A stretch of DNA of 64,000 bases, taken from assembly GCA_027339965.1 (NCBI GenBank), contig DAHWNL010000034.1:32001-96000 (forward strand), in the 5' to 3' direction. This document shows positions 39,555-50,574 of this stretch, one piece after another (the first letter of the stretch is position 1; each line of letters starts with the position of its first letter). The position numbers and the translations under genes were made by a program. The notes under the pieces are model-generated. The model was given only the letters and a program-made list of their open reading frames with translations, made no database searches and was not told where the DNA came from. The stretch is from Granulicella sp. GTDB lineage: Bacteria > Acidobacteriota > Terriglobia > Terriglobales > Acidobacteriaceae.

Positions 39555-41408
39555 TTACTTTCTTGCTCCTTCAAATTTGGTGATGGCCTCGCTAATCACC
39601 CTCGCCTCGATCGGCAAGCCGGCAAAGTAGGTGATCGAATGCAGCTTGACCGCCTCGGATGCGTCCAGGTCGGTCTTCAAAAGGTTTCGCATCTGACCGT
39701 CGCGGTTCTGTTCCACCACAAAGATGGTCTCGTGGCAAGCCACAAAATCATTGACCTCCTGGGTAAACGGATAGGCCCGAAGGCGCAGATAGTCGGTGTG
39801 GATTCTCGCTTCACGCTGCAACTGGTCCCGGCTCTCCAGCACTGCGGGATCGCTGCTCCCAAAGGCGATGATGCCGATCTTCTCCTTGCCCGTCCCCTTC
39901 AGTACGGGCTTGGGAACCAGAGTCTTTGCGGTTTCAAACTTGCGCGCCAGGCGCTGCATGTTCTGCGCATAGTCTTCCGGCCTCTCCGAGTACTGAGCCC
40001 TCTCATTCTTGCCCGTGCCGCGCGTGAAGTAGGCTGCCTTCGGGTGGTTAGTCCCAGGTAGCGTCCGGTAAGGAATTCCGTCGCCATCCACGTCCTGGTA
40101 GCGAGCGAACTCGCCCAGGTCTTCCAGTCGATTCGCGTTCAGGACCTTTCCTCGATTGATCGGCTTCTCTGGATACTCGAACGGTTCGGACATCCAGTTG
40201 TTCATCCCTAAATCCAGATCGCTCAGGATGAAGACGGGAGTCTGCAGCATCTCGGCGACGTCAAATGCCTCCACGGCTAGCTCGAAGCACTCCTTCACCG
40301 AGCCTGGAAGCAGCATCACGTGCTTGGTATCCCCGTGCGATAGCCCGGAGACAAAGGCGATATCGCCCTGTTGCGTGCGGGTAGGCAGACCTGTGGAAGG
40401 GCCCGTTCGCTGCACATCCAGGATGACGCCTGGAATCTCGGCAAAGTAGCCCAGCCCGGCGAACTCCGCCATCAGCGAGATGCCGGGTCCGGAGGTCGCT
40501 GTCATGGCGCGAGCTCCACCCCATCCCGCACCCAGCACCATCCCCATCGCGGCCAGTTCATCCTCGGCCTGCACAATGGCGAAGGTGGCCTTGCCGTCCT
40601 TCTCTACCCGATACTTCTTCATGTACTTGATCAGATCTTCCACTACGCTGGTTGAGGGTGTGATCGGATACCAGCTCACCACCGTCACTCCGGCGAACAT
40701 GGTGCCCATGGCGCAGGCCGCATTTCCATCCACGATGATCTTTCCCTGGGTCGCGTTCATCGGCTCAACCGTAAGCCCGTCCTGCTTGGTCAGCGCGCTG
40801 GAGGCATAATCAAAACCTAGCTGAACCGCTTTCCAGTTCAGGTCCGCCACCGCAGCCTTGCGGGCAAACTGCTGTCGCACAATGCCTTCCAAGCCCTTCA
40901 TGTCGATCGCCAAGAGCTGCGCCGCCACCCCCACATAGACCATGTTCTTGATCAGCTTGCGAACCTTCATCTCCGCACCGGTAGCTGCCGCCAGTTGATC
41001 AAAAGGAACCGGGTAGTAAACCACATCGGCGCGGCGATCTCCGATCGAGAAGCTCTCGTCATAGATGGCGGCCCCACCCGCCGGCAGTTTGCGAATATCG
41101 TCCAGCACGGTCTCCGGATTCAACGCAATCAACAGATCCACATGCCCCTTGCGCGCCACCCAGCCATCACGGTTGGCGCGGATCAGATACCATGTGGGCA
41201 GTCCCGCAATGTTGGATGGAAACAGGTTCTTGCCGGAGACCGGAACCCCCATGCGAAAGATGCTTCGGAGCAGGATGTTGTTGGCCGATTGCGATCCGGA
41301 TCCGTTTACCGTTGCGACCTGGATGGTGAAATCGTTCACCAATTTTTTGGGGTGAACAATCGAGTCCGCTGCGGACAGACTCTCAGCTTCGAGATTGGTG
41401 GTAGCCAT
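39555..41408 (-). CDS. korA: 2-oxoacid:ferredoxin oxidoreductase alpha subunit (gamma-alpha fusion)
   Basis: NGSGSQS, YPITPST, QAEDELAA, TSGPG, QRTGPSTGLPT, VEQNRDGQ; start at ATG 41408. Confidence 0.92.
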   Translation of the reverse strand: MATTNLEAESLSAADSIVHPKKLVNDFTIQVATVNGSGSQSANNILLRSIFRMGVPVSGKNLFPSNIAGLPTWYLIRANRDGWVARKGHVDLLIALNPETVLDDIRKLPAGGAAIYDESFSIGDRRADVVYYPVPFDQLAAATGAEMKVRKLIKNMVYVGVAAQLLAIDMKGLEGIVRQQFARKAAVADLNWKAVQLGFDYASSALTKQDGLTVEPMNATQGKIIVDGNAACAMGTMFAGVTVVSWYPITPSTSVVEDLIKYMKKYRVEKDGKATFAIVQAEDELAAMGMVLGAGWGGARAMTATSGPGISLMAEFAGLGYFAEIPGVILDVQRTGPSTGLPTRTQQGDIAFVSGLSHGDTKHVMLLPGSVKECFELAVEAFDVAEMLQTPVFILSDLDLGMNNWMSEPFEYPEKPINRGKVLNANRLEDLGEFARYQDVDGDGIPYRTLPGTNHPKAAYFTRGTGKNERAQYSERPEDYAQNMQRLARKFETAKTLVPKPVLKGTGKEKIGIIAFGSSDPAVLESRDQLQREARIHTDYLRLRAYPFTQEVNDFVACHETIFVVEQNRDGQMRNLLKTDLDASEAVKLHSITYFAGLPIEARVISEAITKFEGARK

Positions 41409-41756
41409 TGATAAATCCTTCCATCTTGTTGCGCCAATAGAGTTCTGCGGATGGTCGGGAAGGCAGGAAAGTTCGCGTTTCACTCCCGCAGCCGTCACAG
41501 CAACCGGCTCCTATTACGCCAACAGAGATTGTATTCCTTCCTCACAACAGTTCGCTATCAAGCCGAACCACGCCGCATCTGGAAATACCCCACCTTCATA
41601 AGGCGTCTCGGATGCGAAACAGCACCCTGCAGCCCATGTCGGCACCTTTTCGAACGAGTGGATCTGCTTGCTCCACAATCATTCCCTGGTGGTTTGCGCA
41701 GCATCCTGACTCACTGAAATGGCTGCCATCCACAGCAAGGATCCGCAGTGCGATTA

Positions 41757-44700
41757 TCAACCTCTAGGACCTGCGGGAGTATCAGGCGCAGAGGTTGAAA
41801 CACCCTTCTTCGAGGCCAAGTTGCCGGGCAAGGAACTGTCCCCAGAGGCGTATTCCTGATATAACCGCCATTTCCTCCGCACGTCTTCCTCTGCCTCTTC
41901 CAGAAGGCGCTTGGCAGCCTCAGGATGGCTGCGCGAGAGCATGGTATAGCGCGCTTCCTTGTAGCTATACTCCTTCAAAGCGATGGAGGGCGGTTTGGAA
42001 TCCAGTTGAAATGGATTTTTGCCCTGCGCCTGCAGCATCGGGTTGTAACGCATCAAAGGCCAGTATCCAGACAGCACAGCGTTCTTTTGTTGCTCCATTC
42101 CGAGGCCGAGATCATATCCGTGGGCGATGCATTGGCTGTAGGCGATGATGAGAGCCGGCCCGTCATAGGCTTCCGCCTCCTGGAACGCTTTTACCGTTTG
42201 GATATCGCTGCCGCCCATGGCCACCCGGGCCACGTAAACCGAACCATAACTGAGCGCCTCCATCGCAAGATCTTTCTTGCCCGTCAGCTTGCCTCCTGAA
42301 GCAAACTTGGCCACGGCCCCGCGCGGCGTCGACTTTGACATCTGTCCGCCGGTATTGGAGTACGTCTCTGTATCCAGCACCAGAATCTTCACATTTTTGC
42401 CCGAGCCCAGCACATGGTCCACGCCCCCAAAGCCGATATCGTAGGCCCAACCATCGCCACCCACCAGCCATACGCTCTTGCGCACCAACGAATCAGCCAG
42501 ACTGTGCAACAAGCGTGCCTCCGGCCTCTCCACTCCGTCTAGCCGGCCGCGGATTCGTTTCACTCGCTCTCGTTGCCGATCAATCCCGACTTCCGTCGTC
42601 TGATCGGCACTGAGCGCCGCTTCTACCAACTCCTCCCCAACAATCGCCGCTTGTTGCCGCAACAGAGCCTCAGCCTGCTCCTTTTGTTGATCCAGCCCCA
42701 GGCGAATTCCCAAACCAAACTCCGCGTTGTCCTCGAAGAGCGAGTTGGCCCAGGTCGGTCCGCGGCCCTCATCGTTCACCGTGTACGGCGTGGTGGGCAT
42801 GCTGCCGCCATAGATCGAAGAGCAGCCTGTGGCGTTGGCGATGTATAATCGGTCGCCGAACAACTGCGTGAGCAGCTTGATGTAGGGTGTCTCTCCGCAG
42901 CCTGCGCAAGCGCCGGAGAACTCAAACAGCGGCTCCAGCAGTTGAACATCCTTCACCTGATTGTGCGACAGAGTTGCTCGTTTCACCGGCGGCAGAGCCG
43001 CAAAGAACTTCCAGTTCTCCGCCTCCGGGGCGCGCAAAGGCTCTTGCGGTTCCATCTGCAGCGCCTTGCGCCGGGGACGGGCCGCCGGCTCCGTCCTGCT
43101 GACTGCCGGGCAGGTCTCCATGCACAGCCTGCACCCGGTACAGTCTTCGGGCGCAACTTGCAGGGCGTAGAGCTTCTTTTCCATATCGCGCCACTTCGGC
43201 TTGGCAGTCTTAAAGCTTTGCGGCGCCTCTGCCAGCAGAGTGCTGTCGAAGACCTTGGCGCGGATCGCCGCATGCGGGCACACCAGAACGCACTTCCCGC
43301 ACTGAATGCAAAGCTCCTGATCCCATACCGGGATCATCTGAGCGATGTTCCGCTTTTCCCAATGCGTGGTTCCCGTGGGGAAGGTTCCATCCGGAGGCAA
43401 CGCGCTTACCGGCAGCAGGTCGCCCCGGCCCGCAGCCATCTCCCCCAGAACGTTCGTAACAAACTCCGGCGCCGACGGCGAAAAGATCGGCAGCAGATCA
43501 ACCTGAGATGTGGCCTTCTCGGGCACTTTCACGCGATGGAGATGGGCCAGCGCGGCATCCACCGCGGCGTAGTTTCTCTGCACCACATCCCCGCGCCTTC
43601 CGTAAGTCTGCTGAATGGCCTTTTTGATCTGCTCAACCGCCTCGGCCAGCGGCAAAACACCGCTGATGGCGAAGAAACAGACTTGCATGACAGTGTTGAT
43701 GCGGCTTCCCATCCCCGTCTCGCGGGCCACGCCATAGGCGTCGATTACATAGAACTCTAGCTTCCGTTCCACAATGGTCTCCTGCACTTTGCGCGGCAGA
43801 TGTTCCCACACCTCCTCCGGTCCGTAGGGAGCATTCAATAAAAACACGGCGCCTGGAGCCGCGGCGGAGAGAATGTCCATCCGCTCCAGAAAGGAGAAGC
43901 TGTGGCAGGCCACAAAATTGGCTTGCGTGATCAGATACGTGGACAGGATCGGCGCCGGCCCAAAGCGAAGATGAGAGGTGGTCATCGAGCCCGACTTCTT
44001 GGAGTCATAAACGAAGTAGCCCTGGACGTAGTTCGGCGTCTCGTGCCCGATGATCTTGATCGAGTTCTTATTGGCGCCCACCGTCCCATCCGATCCCAGA
44101 CCGTAGAACAGGGCGCGGAAGGTGCGAGGATCCTCCGTGCAGAACTTCGGATCATACTCCAGACTGGTATGCGTAACGTCGTCTGTGATGCCGATCGTGA
44201 AGTGATTCTTCGGCTGCGGGTCCCATAACTCTTCGAAGATGCCCTTCACCATCGCCGGGGTGAACTCCTTGGAAGACAGACCGTAACGTCCGCCGATCAC
44301 CTTGGGAAGCCTGGCAAACCGCGGGCTCGCATCCTGCATGCTCTCGCCGATCGCCGTCAACACATCCTGGTACAACGGTTCACCAATAGCGCCCGGTTCC
44401 TTGGTGCGATCCAGCACCGCAATCGCTCGCACCGACTTGGGAAGAGATCTCAGGAAGGTCTCTGTGGCGAACGGACGGTACAGCCGAACTTTTAACAGGC
44501 CGAGCTTCTCTCCACGCGCATTCAAGTGGAGAATTGTCTCTTCGACCGCTCCGGCTCCTGAACCCATGATCACGATCACCCTATCCGCCTCGGGATCGCC
44601 CACATAATCAAACAGATGATAAGAGCGGCCGGTCAGCCGGGCGAAGTCATTCATCACGCGCTGCACGATCGAAGGACAAGCCAGATAATATGGATTCGAG

Positions 44701-45422
44701 GCTTCGCGCGCCTGGAAAAAGACATCGGGATTCTGTGCTGTTCCGCGCAAAATCGGGCGGTCCGCACTCAAAGCCCGCTTTCGATGAGCCTCGATCAGCT
44801 TTTCGTCCATCAGCGCGCGGATGGTCTCGTCGGAGATGCTGGCCACCTTGTTAATCTCATGCGAGGTTCGAAAGCCATCGAAGAAGTGCAGAAACGGGAC
44901 CCTCGCCTCCAGCGTCGATAGATGCGCAACCAGCGCAAGGTCTCCGGCCTCTTGCACCGAATCAGAGGCTAACATTGCATAGCCAGTCGCACGACAGGCC
45001 ATCACGTCCGAATGGTCCCCAAAGATCGAAAGGGCATGCGTGGCCACCGACCGCGCGGTGACGTGAACAACGTTCGACGTCAGCTCCCCGGCGATCTTGA
45101 ACAGATTGGGGATCATCAACAACAATCCCTGAGAGGCGGTGAAGGTGGTGCTCAAAGAGCCTGCTTGCAGGGCTCCGTGCATCGCGCCTGCGGCACCCCC
45201 TTCGCTTTGCATCTCCGCGATCAGCGGAACCGCTCCCCAAAGGTTCCGGCGGCCTTGTTCACTCCACTGGTCGGCCCACTCGGCCATCGTGGACGATGGA
45301 GTGATTGGGTAAATGGAGATTACCTCCGCCAGCCGGTAGGCCACATCCGCCACAGCCTGGTTGCCATCTACGATCTCGAACTGTTCTGAATTCAACTCAA
45401 CACCCCGCTGCTTCCCCACCAT
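41757..45422 (-). CDS. nifJ: Pyruvate:ferredoxin/flavodoxin oxidoreductase (single chain)
   Basis: YPITPSS, MQSEGGAAG, GLGSDGTVG, two CxxCxxCxxxCP motifs, GACAGCGE, GGDGW, YSNTGGQ; 1221 aa. Confidence 0.96.
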   Translation of the reverse strand: MVGKQRGVELNSEQFEIVDGNQAVADVAYRLAEVISIYPITPSSTMAEWADQWSEQGRRNLWGAVPLIAEMQSEGGAAGAMHGALQAGSLSTTFTASQGLLLMIPNLFKIAGELTSNVVHVTARSVATHALSIFGDHSDVMACRATGYAMLASDSVQEAGDLALVAHLSTLEARVPFLHFFDGFRTSHEINKVASISDETIRALMDEKLIEAHRKRALSADRPILRGTAQNPDVFFQAREASNPYYLACPSIVQRVMNDFARLTGRSYHLFDYVGDPEADRVIVIMGSGAGAVEETILHLNARGEKLGLLKVRLYRPFATETFLRSLPKSVRAIAVLDRTKEPGAIGEPLYQDVLTAIGESMQDASPRFARLPKVIGGRYGLSSKEFTPAMVKGIFEELWDPQPKNHFTIGITDDVTHTSLEYDPKFCTEDPRTFRALFYGLGSDGTVGANKNSIKIIGHETPNYVQGYFVYDSKKSGSMTTSHLRFGPAPILSTYLITQANFVACHSFSFLERMDILSAAAPGAVFLLNAPYGPEEVWEHLPRKVQETIVERKLEFYVIDAYGVARETGMGSRINTVMQVCFFAISGVLPLAEAVEQIKKAIQQTYGRRGDVVQRNYAAVDAALAHLHRVKVPEKATSQVDLLPIFSPSAPEFVTNVLGEMAAGRGDLLPVSALPPDGTFPTGTTHWEKRNIAQMIPVWDQELCIQCGKCVLVCPHAAIRAKVFDSTLLAEAPQSFKTAKPKWRDMEKKLYALQVAPEDCTGCRLCMETCPAVSRTEPAARPRRKALQMEPQEPLRAPEAENWKFFAALPPVKRATLSHNQVKDVQLLEPLFEFSGACAGCGETPYIKLLTQLFGDRLYIANATGCSSIYGGSMPTTPYTVNDEGRGPTWANSLFEDNAEFGLGIRLGLDQQKEQAEALLRQQAAIVGEELVEAALSADQTTEVGIDRQRERVKRIRGRLDGVERPEARLLHSLADSLVRKSVWLVGGDGWAYDIGFGGVDHVLGSGKNVKILVLDTETYSNTGGQMSKSTPRGAVAKFASGGKLTGKKDLAMEALSYGSVYVARVAMGGSDIQTVKAFQEAEAYDGPALIIAYSQCIAHGYDLGLGMEQQKNAVLSGYWPLMRYNPMLQAQGKNPFQLDSKPPSIALKEYSYKEARYTMLSRSHPEAAKRLLEEAEEDVRRKWRLYQEYASGDSSLPGNLASKKGVSTSAPDTPAGPRG

Positions 45423-45448
45423 TCTCGGCGGCTGGGAGTGGTCCGAAT

Positions 45449-45490
45449 TGTGACCAATGTCACATGGATTTGATTCGTTTCTGATAAGCT
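45449..45490 (+). promoter_or_regulatory. CRP/FNR-family (or Rex-like) box plus extended -10 of the nuo operon
   Basis: TGTGA-ccaatg-TCACA at 45449-45464; TGaTAAGCT at 45482-45490. Confidence 0.7.
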
Positions 45491-45501
45491 AAAGGCGAGC
45501 T

Positions 45502-45873
45502 ATGGTGAATCACACGTATCTCCCGGTTCTTGTGCTCTTGATTGCAGGTGCGGCTTTCGCCATCGGTCCCCTGGCTCTTGCATGGCTATGGGCCAGGAAG
45601 TTTTCTCCACAAAAGACAGGCCCGACCAAAAACGCGATCTACGAATGTGGCTTGGAGTCCAACGGAGATGCCTGGATCAAGTTCAAGCCAGGCTATTACC
45701 TCTACGCCATTCTCTTTCTCATCTTTGACGTGGAAGCTGTCTTCTTGCTGCCGTTCGCCGTCGCCTTCGGGGGCTTCACTGTAGCGGAGTCCGTCTCCAT
45801 GCTTGTATTTCTGCTTCTCCTGGTCGAAGGACTCGTCTGGGCCTGGCAGAAGAACGTCCTTTCCTGGATCTGA
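45502..45873 (+). CDS. nuoA: Complex I subunit A
   Basis: YECG, FLIFDVE, three TM segments. Confidence 0.95.
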   Translation: MVNHTYLPVLVLLIAGAAFAIGPLALAWLWARKFSPQKTGPTKNAIYECGLESNGDAWIKFKPGYYLYAILFLIFDVEAVFLLPFAVAFGGFTVAESVSMLVFLLLLVEGLVWAWQKNVLSWI

Positions 45874-46013
45874 TTCCAGAATCCGTATCCTTCAAGCATC
45901 CACCAGCCATCGGGCCACCGCTGTCACGGCATCAAAGCTAAGGGAAAACCGGAAGCAGCTGCGGTTCGATTCTGCAAGGCCAACGGAAACATCCGCGCAA
46001 AGGGTTCTAAGGT

Positions 46014-46655
46014 ATGGACGAACAGCTAAAAAGTGAGTTGAGACGCCAGGGCGTAGTCGCCACTTCTCTCCAGGAGCTTTACAATTGGGGCCGCAAAAGC
46101 TCCATCTGGCCGCTCAACTTCGGCCTCGCCTGCTGCGCGATTGAGATGATCGCCACTACCATGGCGCGTTACGATCTGGCTCGCTTCGGAGCTGAGGTCT
46201 TTCGTCCCTCGCCGCGTCAGGCCGATCTGATGATCGTCGCTGGAACCGTCACCAAGAAGATGGCCCCCCAGGTGGTGCGTCTTTACAACCAGATGGCCGA
46301 GCCCAAGTACGTCATATCCATGGGCGCCTGCGCGATCTCCGGCGGGCCCTTCAAGCAGGGCTACAACGTGCTCAAGGGCATCGACCGCTATATCCCCGTG
46401 GATGTCTTTATCCCCGGCTGCCCTCCCCGTCCGGAGGCGCTGCTGGATGCGTTTTTGATGCTGCAACGCAAGATCGACGAGCAACAGCTCACCGGCCCCG
46501 AACGCCCCCGTCATCTTCAGGCGGAGCAACCAAGCGAGTTCATCGTGCCGCAATACAGCGAACACGACCTGATCCCCACGCGGAACGACACGATCTGGCA
46601 TGCTCCGCTGGTCAACATCTCAAACGCAGGCGCCAATGAATCTGGAAGAGATTAA
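46014..46655 (+). CDS. nuoB: Complex I subunit B (cluster N2)
   Basis: [27 protein letters not shown]. Confidence 0.96.
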   Translation: MDEQLKSELRRQGVVATSLQELYNWGRKSSIWPLNFGLACCAIEMIATTMARYDLARFGAEVFRPSPRQADLMIVAGTVTKKMAPQVVRLYNQMAEPKYVISMGACAISGGPFKQGYNVLKGIDRYIPVDVFIPGCPPRPEALLDAFLMLQRKIDEQQLTGPERPRHLQAEQPSEFIVPQYSEHDLIPTRNDTIWHAPLVNISNAGANESGRD

Positions 46656-47289
46656 AATCCAAATCGAAGCCAATGTTCCAGGCTGCTTCCTGGAGATCCT
46701 CCCCAACGCCAGTCCTTCCGGGCAGCACTCCCTGATTGTGGACACAGAGCATGCTCTGACCGTGGCCAGCTTTCTGCGAGATGGCGCCAACCCACGGTTT
46801 GATTACTGCTCCAACGTCACCGGCGTCGATTGGCCCCTCAAAGAGACCTCCGCCAAGCAAAAGACAAAAAAGATCGTTGACGGCGTGGAGAAGGAGGTGG
46901 AAGAAGTGGTCAAAACCTCCACTGGCAACTATCTAGAGGTGGTCTACCATCTGTTTTCTCTGGAAGATCGCCAAGGCCCTGTCGTACTTCGCATGCGCAC
47001 CGAGGATCGCGCAGAACGGGTTCACCTTCCTTCCCTGACTCCGGTATGGCGCAGTGCGGAGCTTCAGGAGCGTGAGGTCTATGATCTGTTCGGCATCGTC
47101 TTTGACGGCCACCCCGATCTGCGCCGGCTGCTGATGTGGGAGGAGTTCACGGACCACCCCATGCGCAAAGACTACGTCGACCCGGATGACTACGAGTACG
47201 AGCCAACCCCCCACGACGAGATTCTCAAGCGAACCCAGGCCCACTATGCGGCACAAGAACCACGGTCCGAAGCAGGGGAAGCGAGATGA
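46636..47289 (+). CDS. nuoC: Complex I subunit C
   Basis: [35 protein letters not shown]. Confidence 0.94.
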   Translation: MNLEEIKIQIEANVPGCFLEILPNASPSGQHSLIVDTEHALTVASFLRDGANPRFDYCSNVTGVDWPLKETSAKQKTKKIVDGVEKEVEEVVKTSTGNYLEVVYHLFSLEDRQGPVVLRMRTEDRAERVHLPSLTPVWRSAELQEREVYDLFGIVFDGHPDLRRLLMWEEFTDHPMRKDYVDPDDYEYEPTPHDEILKRTQAHYAAQEPRSEAGEAR

Positions 47290-48446
47290 GCGTTCTGACC
47301 GAAGTCTCCATCGATACCATCTCCCAGCCGGCCAACGATCATCTCCACGGCGATCTGCTGGAGATCTCCATGGGACCCCATCATCCCTCCACGCACGGAG
47401 TCTTCCGGATGAACATCGTGCTGGATGGGGAGCGTGTGATCAAACTGAAGCCGGTCTTTGGCTATCTGCACCGCAATCACGAGAAGATCGCCGAGCATGA
47501 GACCTACCTGGGCTCCATGCCCTATACCGATCGACTGGATTACATCTGCTCCATCACCAACAACTGGGCCTACGCGCTGGCAGTGGAGAAGCTAGCGGGC
47601 ATTCCAGTGCCGGAGCGCGCCGAGTACCTGCGCGTGATCACCGGCGAGCTGACCCGGCTGCAGAACCATGCCGGACTCATCGGCTTCCTTTTGCAGGATA
47701 TGGGAGCCAGCGGCACCCCCCTGATGTACGCCTTCCGCGAACGCGAGAAGATTCTGGATCTGTTCGAAGCCCTCACCGGCGCGCGCATGATGTGCAACTA
47801 TATGCGCTTTGGAGGCTGCCGCCGCGATCTTCCCTCCGGCTGGATGGAGCAGGCTCAGAAGGTGGTGGATGGATTTCCACGATTCCTGGATGAGTTTGAA
47901 CGGCTGCTGCGGACCAACGAGATTCTGATGGCTCGCACCCAGGGCGTCGGCGTCGTGACGCGCGAACAGGCTATCAACGCCGGAGTCAGCGGCCCGATGG
48001 CCCGGGCCTCCGGAGTCAACTACGATCTGCGCAAGGTGGACAAGTACGGCATCTATGACCGGTTCTCCTTCCGTGTCCCTCTGGGCGAGCATGGGGACGT
48101 TTACGACCGTTACATGATGCGCTTGCTGGAGATGCGTGAGTCCCTCGATATCCTCAAGCAGGCCATGCGCGACCTGCCCGCCGGCCCGATCATGGATCCC
48201 AACACCAAAATCCGCAACTTCCGGCCCAAGGCGGGGGAGGCTTACGGACGAATTGAGGCTCCCAAAGGCGAGCTGGGCTTCTACCTTATCAGCGACGGAG
48301 GACCCAATCCCTATCGCTACCGGGTGCGTCCGCCCAGCCTGATCAATCTCACCCTGCTGGAACAGATGTGCCTCGGGCACAACGTCTCTGACGTCGTCAT
48401 TATCCTGGGCAGCGTCGATATCGTCTTGGGCGAGGTGGACCGTTGA
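47286..48446 (+). CDS. nuoD: Complex I subunit D
   Basis: [27 protein letters not shown]-terminal DIVLGEVDR; no NiFe CxxC motifs. Confidence 0.96.
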   Translation: MSVLTEVSIDTISQPANDHLHGDLLEISMGPHHPSTHGVFRMNIVLDGERVIKLKPVFGYLHRNHEKIAEHETYLGSMPYTDRLDYICSITNNWAYALAVEKLAGIPVPERAEYLRVITGELTRLQNHAGLIGFLLQDMGASGTPLMYAFREREKILDLFEALTGARMMCNYMRFGGCRRDLPSGWMEQAQKVVDGFPRFLDEFERLLRTNEILMARTQGVGVVTREQAINAGVSGPMARASGVNYDLRKVDKYGIYDRFSFRVPLGEHGDVYDRYMMRLLEMRESLDILKQAMRDLPAGPIMDPNTKIRNFRPKAGEAYGRIEAPKGELGFYLISDGGPNPYRYRVRPPSLINLTLLEQMCLGHNVSDVVIILGSVDIVLGEVDR

Positions 48447-48546
48447 ACTTCAAGATGCAAAGCAAAGGAGCAACTCCGGATCGTTGCGGTTTGACCGGCG
48501 AGCCGTCACTTCAGACCAAAAATACAAAGTGTGTGGGAGGCTGCCT

Positions 48547-49245
48547 GTGCTAGGGGACGGAATCATCAAAGGCCTTGCCGAGACGGCTCGCAACTTCTTT
48601 GGAAGCTACGTGGACAAAGAGCGTCTGACCACGGTTCAATATCCGGAGGAGCGGCTTCCGCAAATTGAGGGAACGCGCGACTTCCCTTTTCTGGTCTATG
48701 ACGGCGACGACTGGGAGAAGGGTCTGCGCTGCGTCTCCTGCCACATCTGCGAGAAAGAATGTCCACCCAAGTGCATCTTCATTGAAAAGAGCAAGGACAA
48801 AAAGCCTGACGCTGTCGGCAAGCTCCAGTTCTACCCCGTAAGATTCGATATCGATATCTCCGTCTGCATGAGCTGCCAGATCTGCGTCGAAGTCTGCCCC
48901 TTCGATGCCATCAAGATGAACGTGGAGTTCGAATTGAGCTCAGATGATCGCTTCGGCGGCTTACTCCTCTCCAAGGACAAACTGGCCCGCTCCAACGAGT
49001 ACTATCACGAGATTCATCCCACAGAAGCCGCAGCCGTTGATGCCGCCTTGGCGGAGGATCGAGAAAAGGAAAAAGAGAAGCAGAAACAGGCTGCTTTGGC
49101 AGCCGCTGCCGCCGCTGCTGCTAAAGCCGCGGCCGCCTCGCCCTCAGCCTCGGCAGCACCTGCTCCGACTCCGGCCTCCGGCGCAGGACCCGTCCCGGAC
49201 GCCGGCAATGGCGGCAACGCATCCAGCAAAGAGGAGACGAAATGA
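48547..49245 (+). CDS. nuoI: Complex I subunit I with a low-complexity C-terminal tail
   Basis: GGAGG then GTG 48547; TVQYPEE, CVSCHICEKECP, CMSCQICVEVCP. Confidence 0.93.
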   Translation: MLGDGIIKGLAETARNFFGSYVDKERLTTVQYPEERLPQIEGTRDFPFLVYDGDDWEKGLRCVSCHICEKECPPKCIFIEKSKDKKPDAVGKLQFYPVRFDIDISVCMSCQICVEVCPFDAIKMNVEFELSSDDRFGGLLLSKDKLARSNEYYHEIHPTEAAAVDAALAEDREKEKEKQKQAALAAAAAAAAKAAAASPSASAAPAPTPASGAGPVPDAGNGGNASSKEETK

Positions 49246-49299
49246 CCCTCTGGACGCCTATCGAAGAAAAAAGACTTTGTAGCGAACGGTAGCCAAATT

Positions 49300-50475
49300 A
49301 TGCCTGAGATGGTCGATCAGATCTTCGTTCTCCTGAAACACTGGATCATGGGGTATGTGCCCGGCAGCCTGCAGCCGCTCTGCTCCGCTATCCTGTCCGT
49401 GCTCCCAATCCTGGTCGTGTTTCCGCTCTTGTTTGCCATCACCACCGTACTGGAGCGCAAAGGCCTGGGCAGGATGCAGAACCGATACGGTCCCAACCGC
49501 GCCGGCCCGTGGGGCATCTTGCAGCCGGCGGCTGACGGCATCAAGTCCCTCACCAAGGAAGACATCGTTCCTCGCTCCGCGGATCAACTCGTCCACTTGT
49601 CAGCGCCTGTTCTCATCGTGATCGCCTCCCTCCTGGTGTACTCGGTAGTGCCGGTAGGCCGGAATATGGTGGTGGCCGATCTGAATGCGGGCGTCCTCTT
49701 CTTCTTCGCCATCGGAAGCATGGTGGAGCTGGCGGTCTTCATGGCGGGCTGGTCGAGCCGCAGCAAGTACTCTTTGCTGGGAGCCATGCGCGCCATCGCT
49801 CAGATGATCAGCTACGAGATGCCCATGGTTCTCTCCGGAGTGGTGGCGATTATGGCGGCGGGCTCGCTCTCCACCGTCACCATCGTCAACATGCAGGCCG
49901 GCTACACCGGCATCTGGCCACACTGGTATCTTTTCACTCCCTGGGGCATCACCGGCTACATCCTCTTCATGATTGCGGCCACAGCCGAGTCCAACCGCTG
50001 TCCCTTCGATCTGCCCGAGGGCGAGTCGGAGATTATCGCCGGCTACTTCATCGAGTACTCAGGCTTCAAGTTTGCCCTCTTTTTTGTCGCGGAGTATCTG
50101 GGCATGATGGCCAGCAGCGCCATGGCCATCACTCTCTTCCTGGGTGGTTGGGCCGCGCCCTTCTCCTTCCTCACCTGGATTCCCTCCTGGTTCTGGTTCT
50201 TCGCCAAACTGATCTTCATGCTCATGATCTTCATCTGGATTCGCGGCACGCTACCACGCCTGCGTATGGATCAATTGATGAACTTCGGATGGAAGTTCAT
50301 GCTGCCGCTCTCCCTGATTAACATCGTGTGCGCCGGGCTCTGGCATTATCTTCCCGCCGGCTTTGCGCGCTGGTCCGTCATCAGCCTTCTGCTCCTACTC
50401 TCTTGTTTCCTGTTGAGCCGGAGCCTCAGGCGCAACAAATGGTTTCAGGAACGCACCTATCGCTTCGCCAGTTAG
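49300..50475 (+). CDS. nuoH: Complex I subunit H
   Basis: ERK..GRMQNRYGP, QMISYE, PFDLPEGESE, RGTLPRLR.DQ. Confidence 0.96.
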   Translation: MPEMVDQIFVLLKHWIMGYVPGSLQPLCSAILSVLPILVVFPLLFAITTVLERKGLGRMQNRYGPNRAGPWGILQPAADGIKSLTKEDIVPRSADQLVHLSAPVLIVIASLLVYSVVPVGRNMVVADLNAGVLFFFAIGSMVELAVFMAGWSSRSKYSLLGAMRAIAQMISYEMPMVLSGVVAIMAAGSLSTVTIVNMQAGYTGIWPHWYLFTPWGITGYILFMIAATAESNRCPFDLPEGESEIIAGYFIEYSGFKFALFFVAEYLGMMASSAMAITLFLGGWAAPFSFLTWIPSWFWFFAKLIFMLMIFIWIRGTLPRLRMDQLMNFGWKFMLPLSLINIVCAGLWHYLPAGFARWSVISLLLLLSCFLLSRSLRRNKWFQERTYRFAS

Positions 50476-50574
50476 CCGAGTGCTGATCATCAGCGATGCT
50501 CTTCATCCCTCGGACATCGGGTTCCATATGTTCATCCACCATCACCAACTCCGCAGAACTGGAAACGTCTTAAA

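Noticed and set aside
41409..41756. Small ferredoxin gene or ncRNA between nifJ and korA
   Set aside because: No CxxCxxC-containing ORF and no convincing structure; only a possible TACAAT -10 on the minus strand.
49090..49200. GCC/GCT-rich tract as a possible contingency repeat
   Set aside because: Imperfect trinucleotide run encoding the poly-Ala tail of NuoI; length change would not shift the frame.
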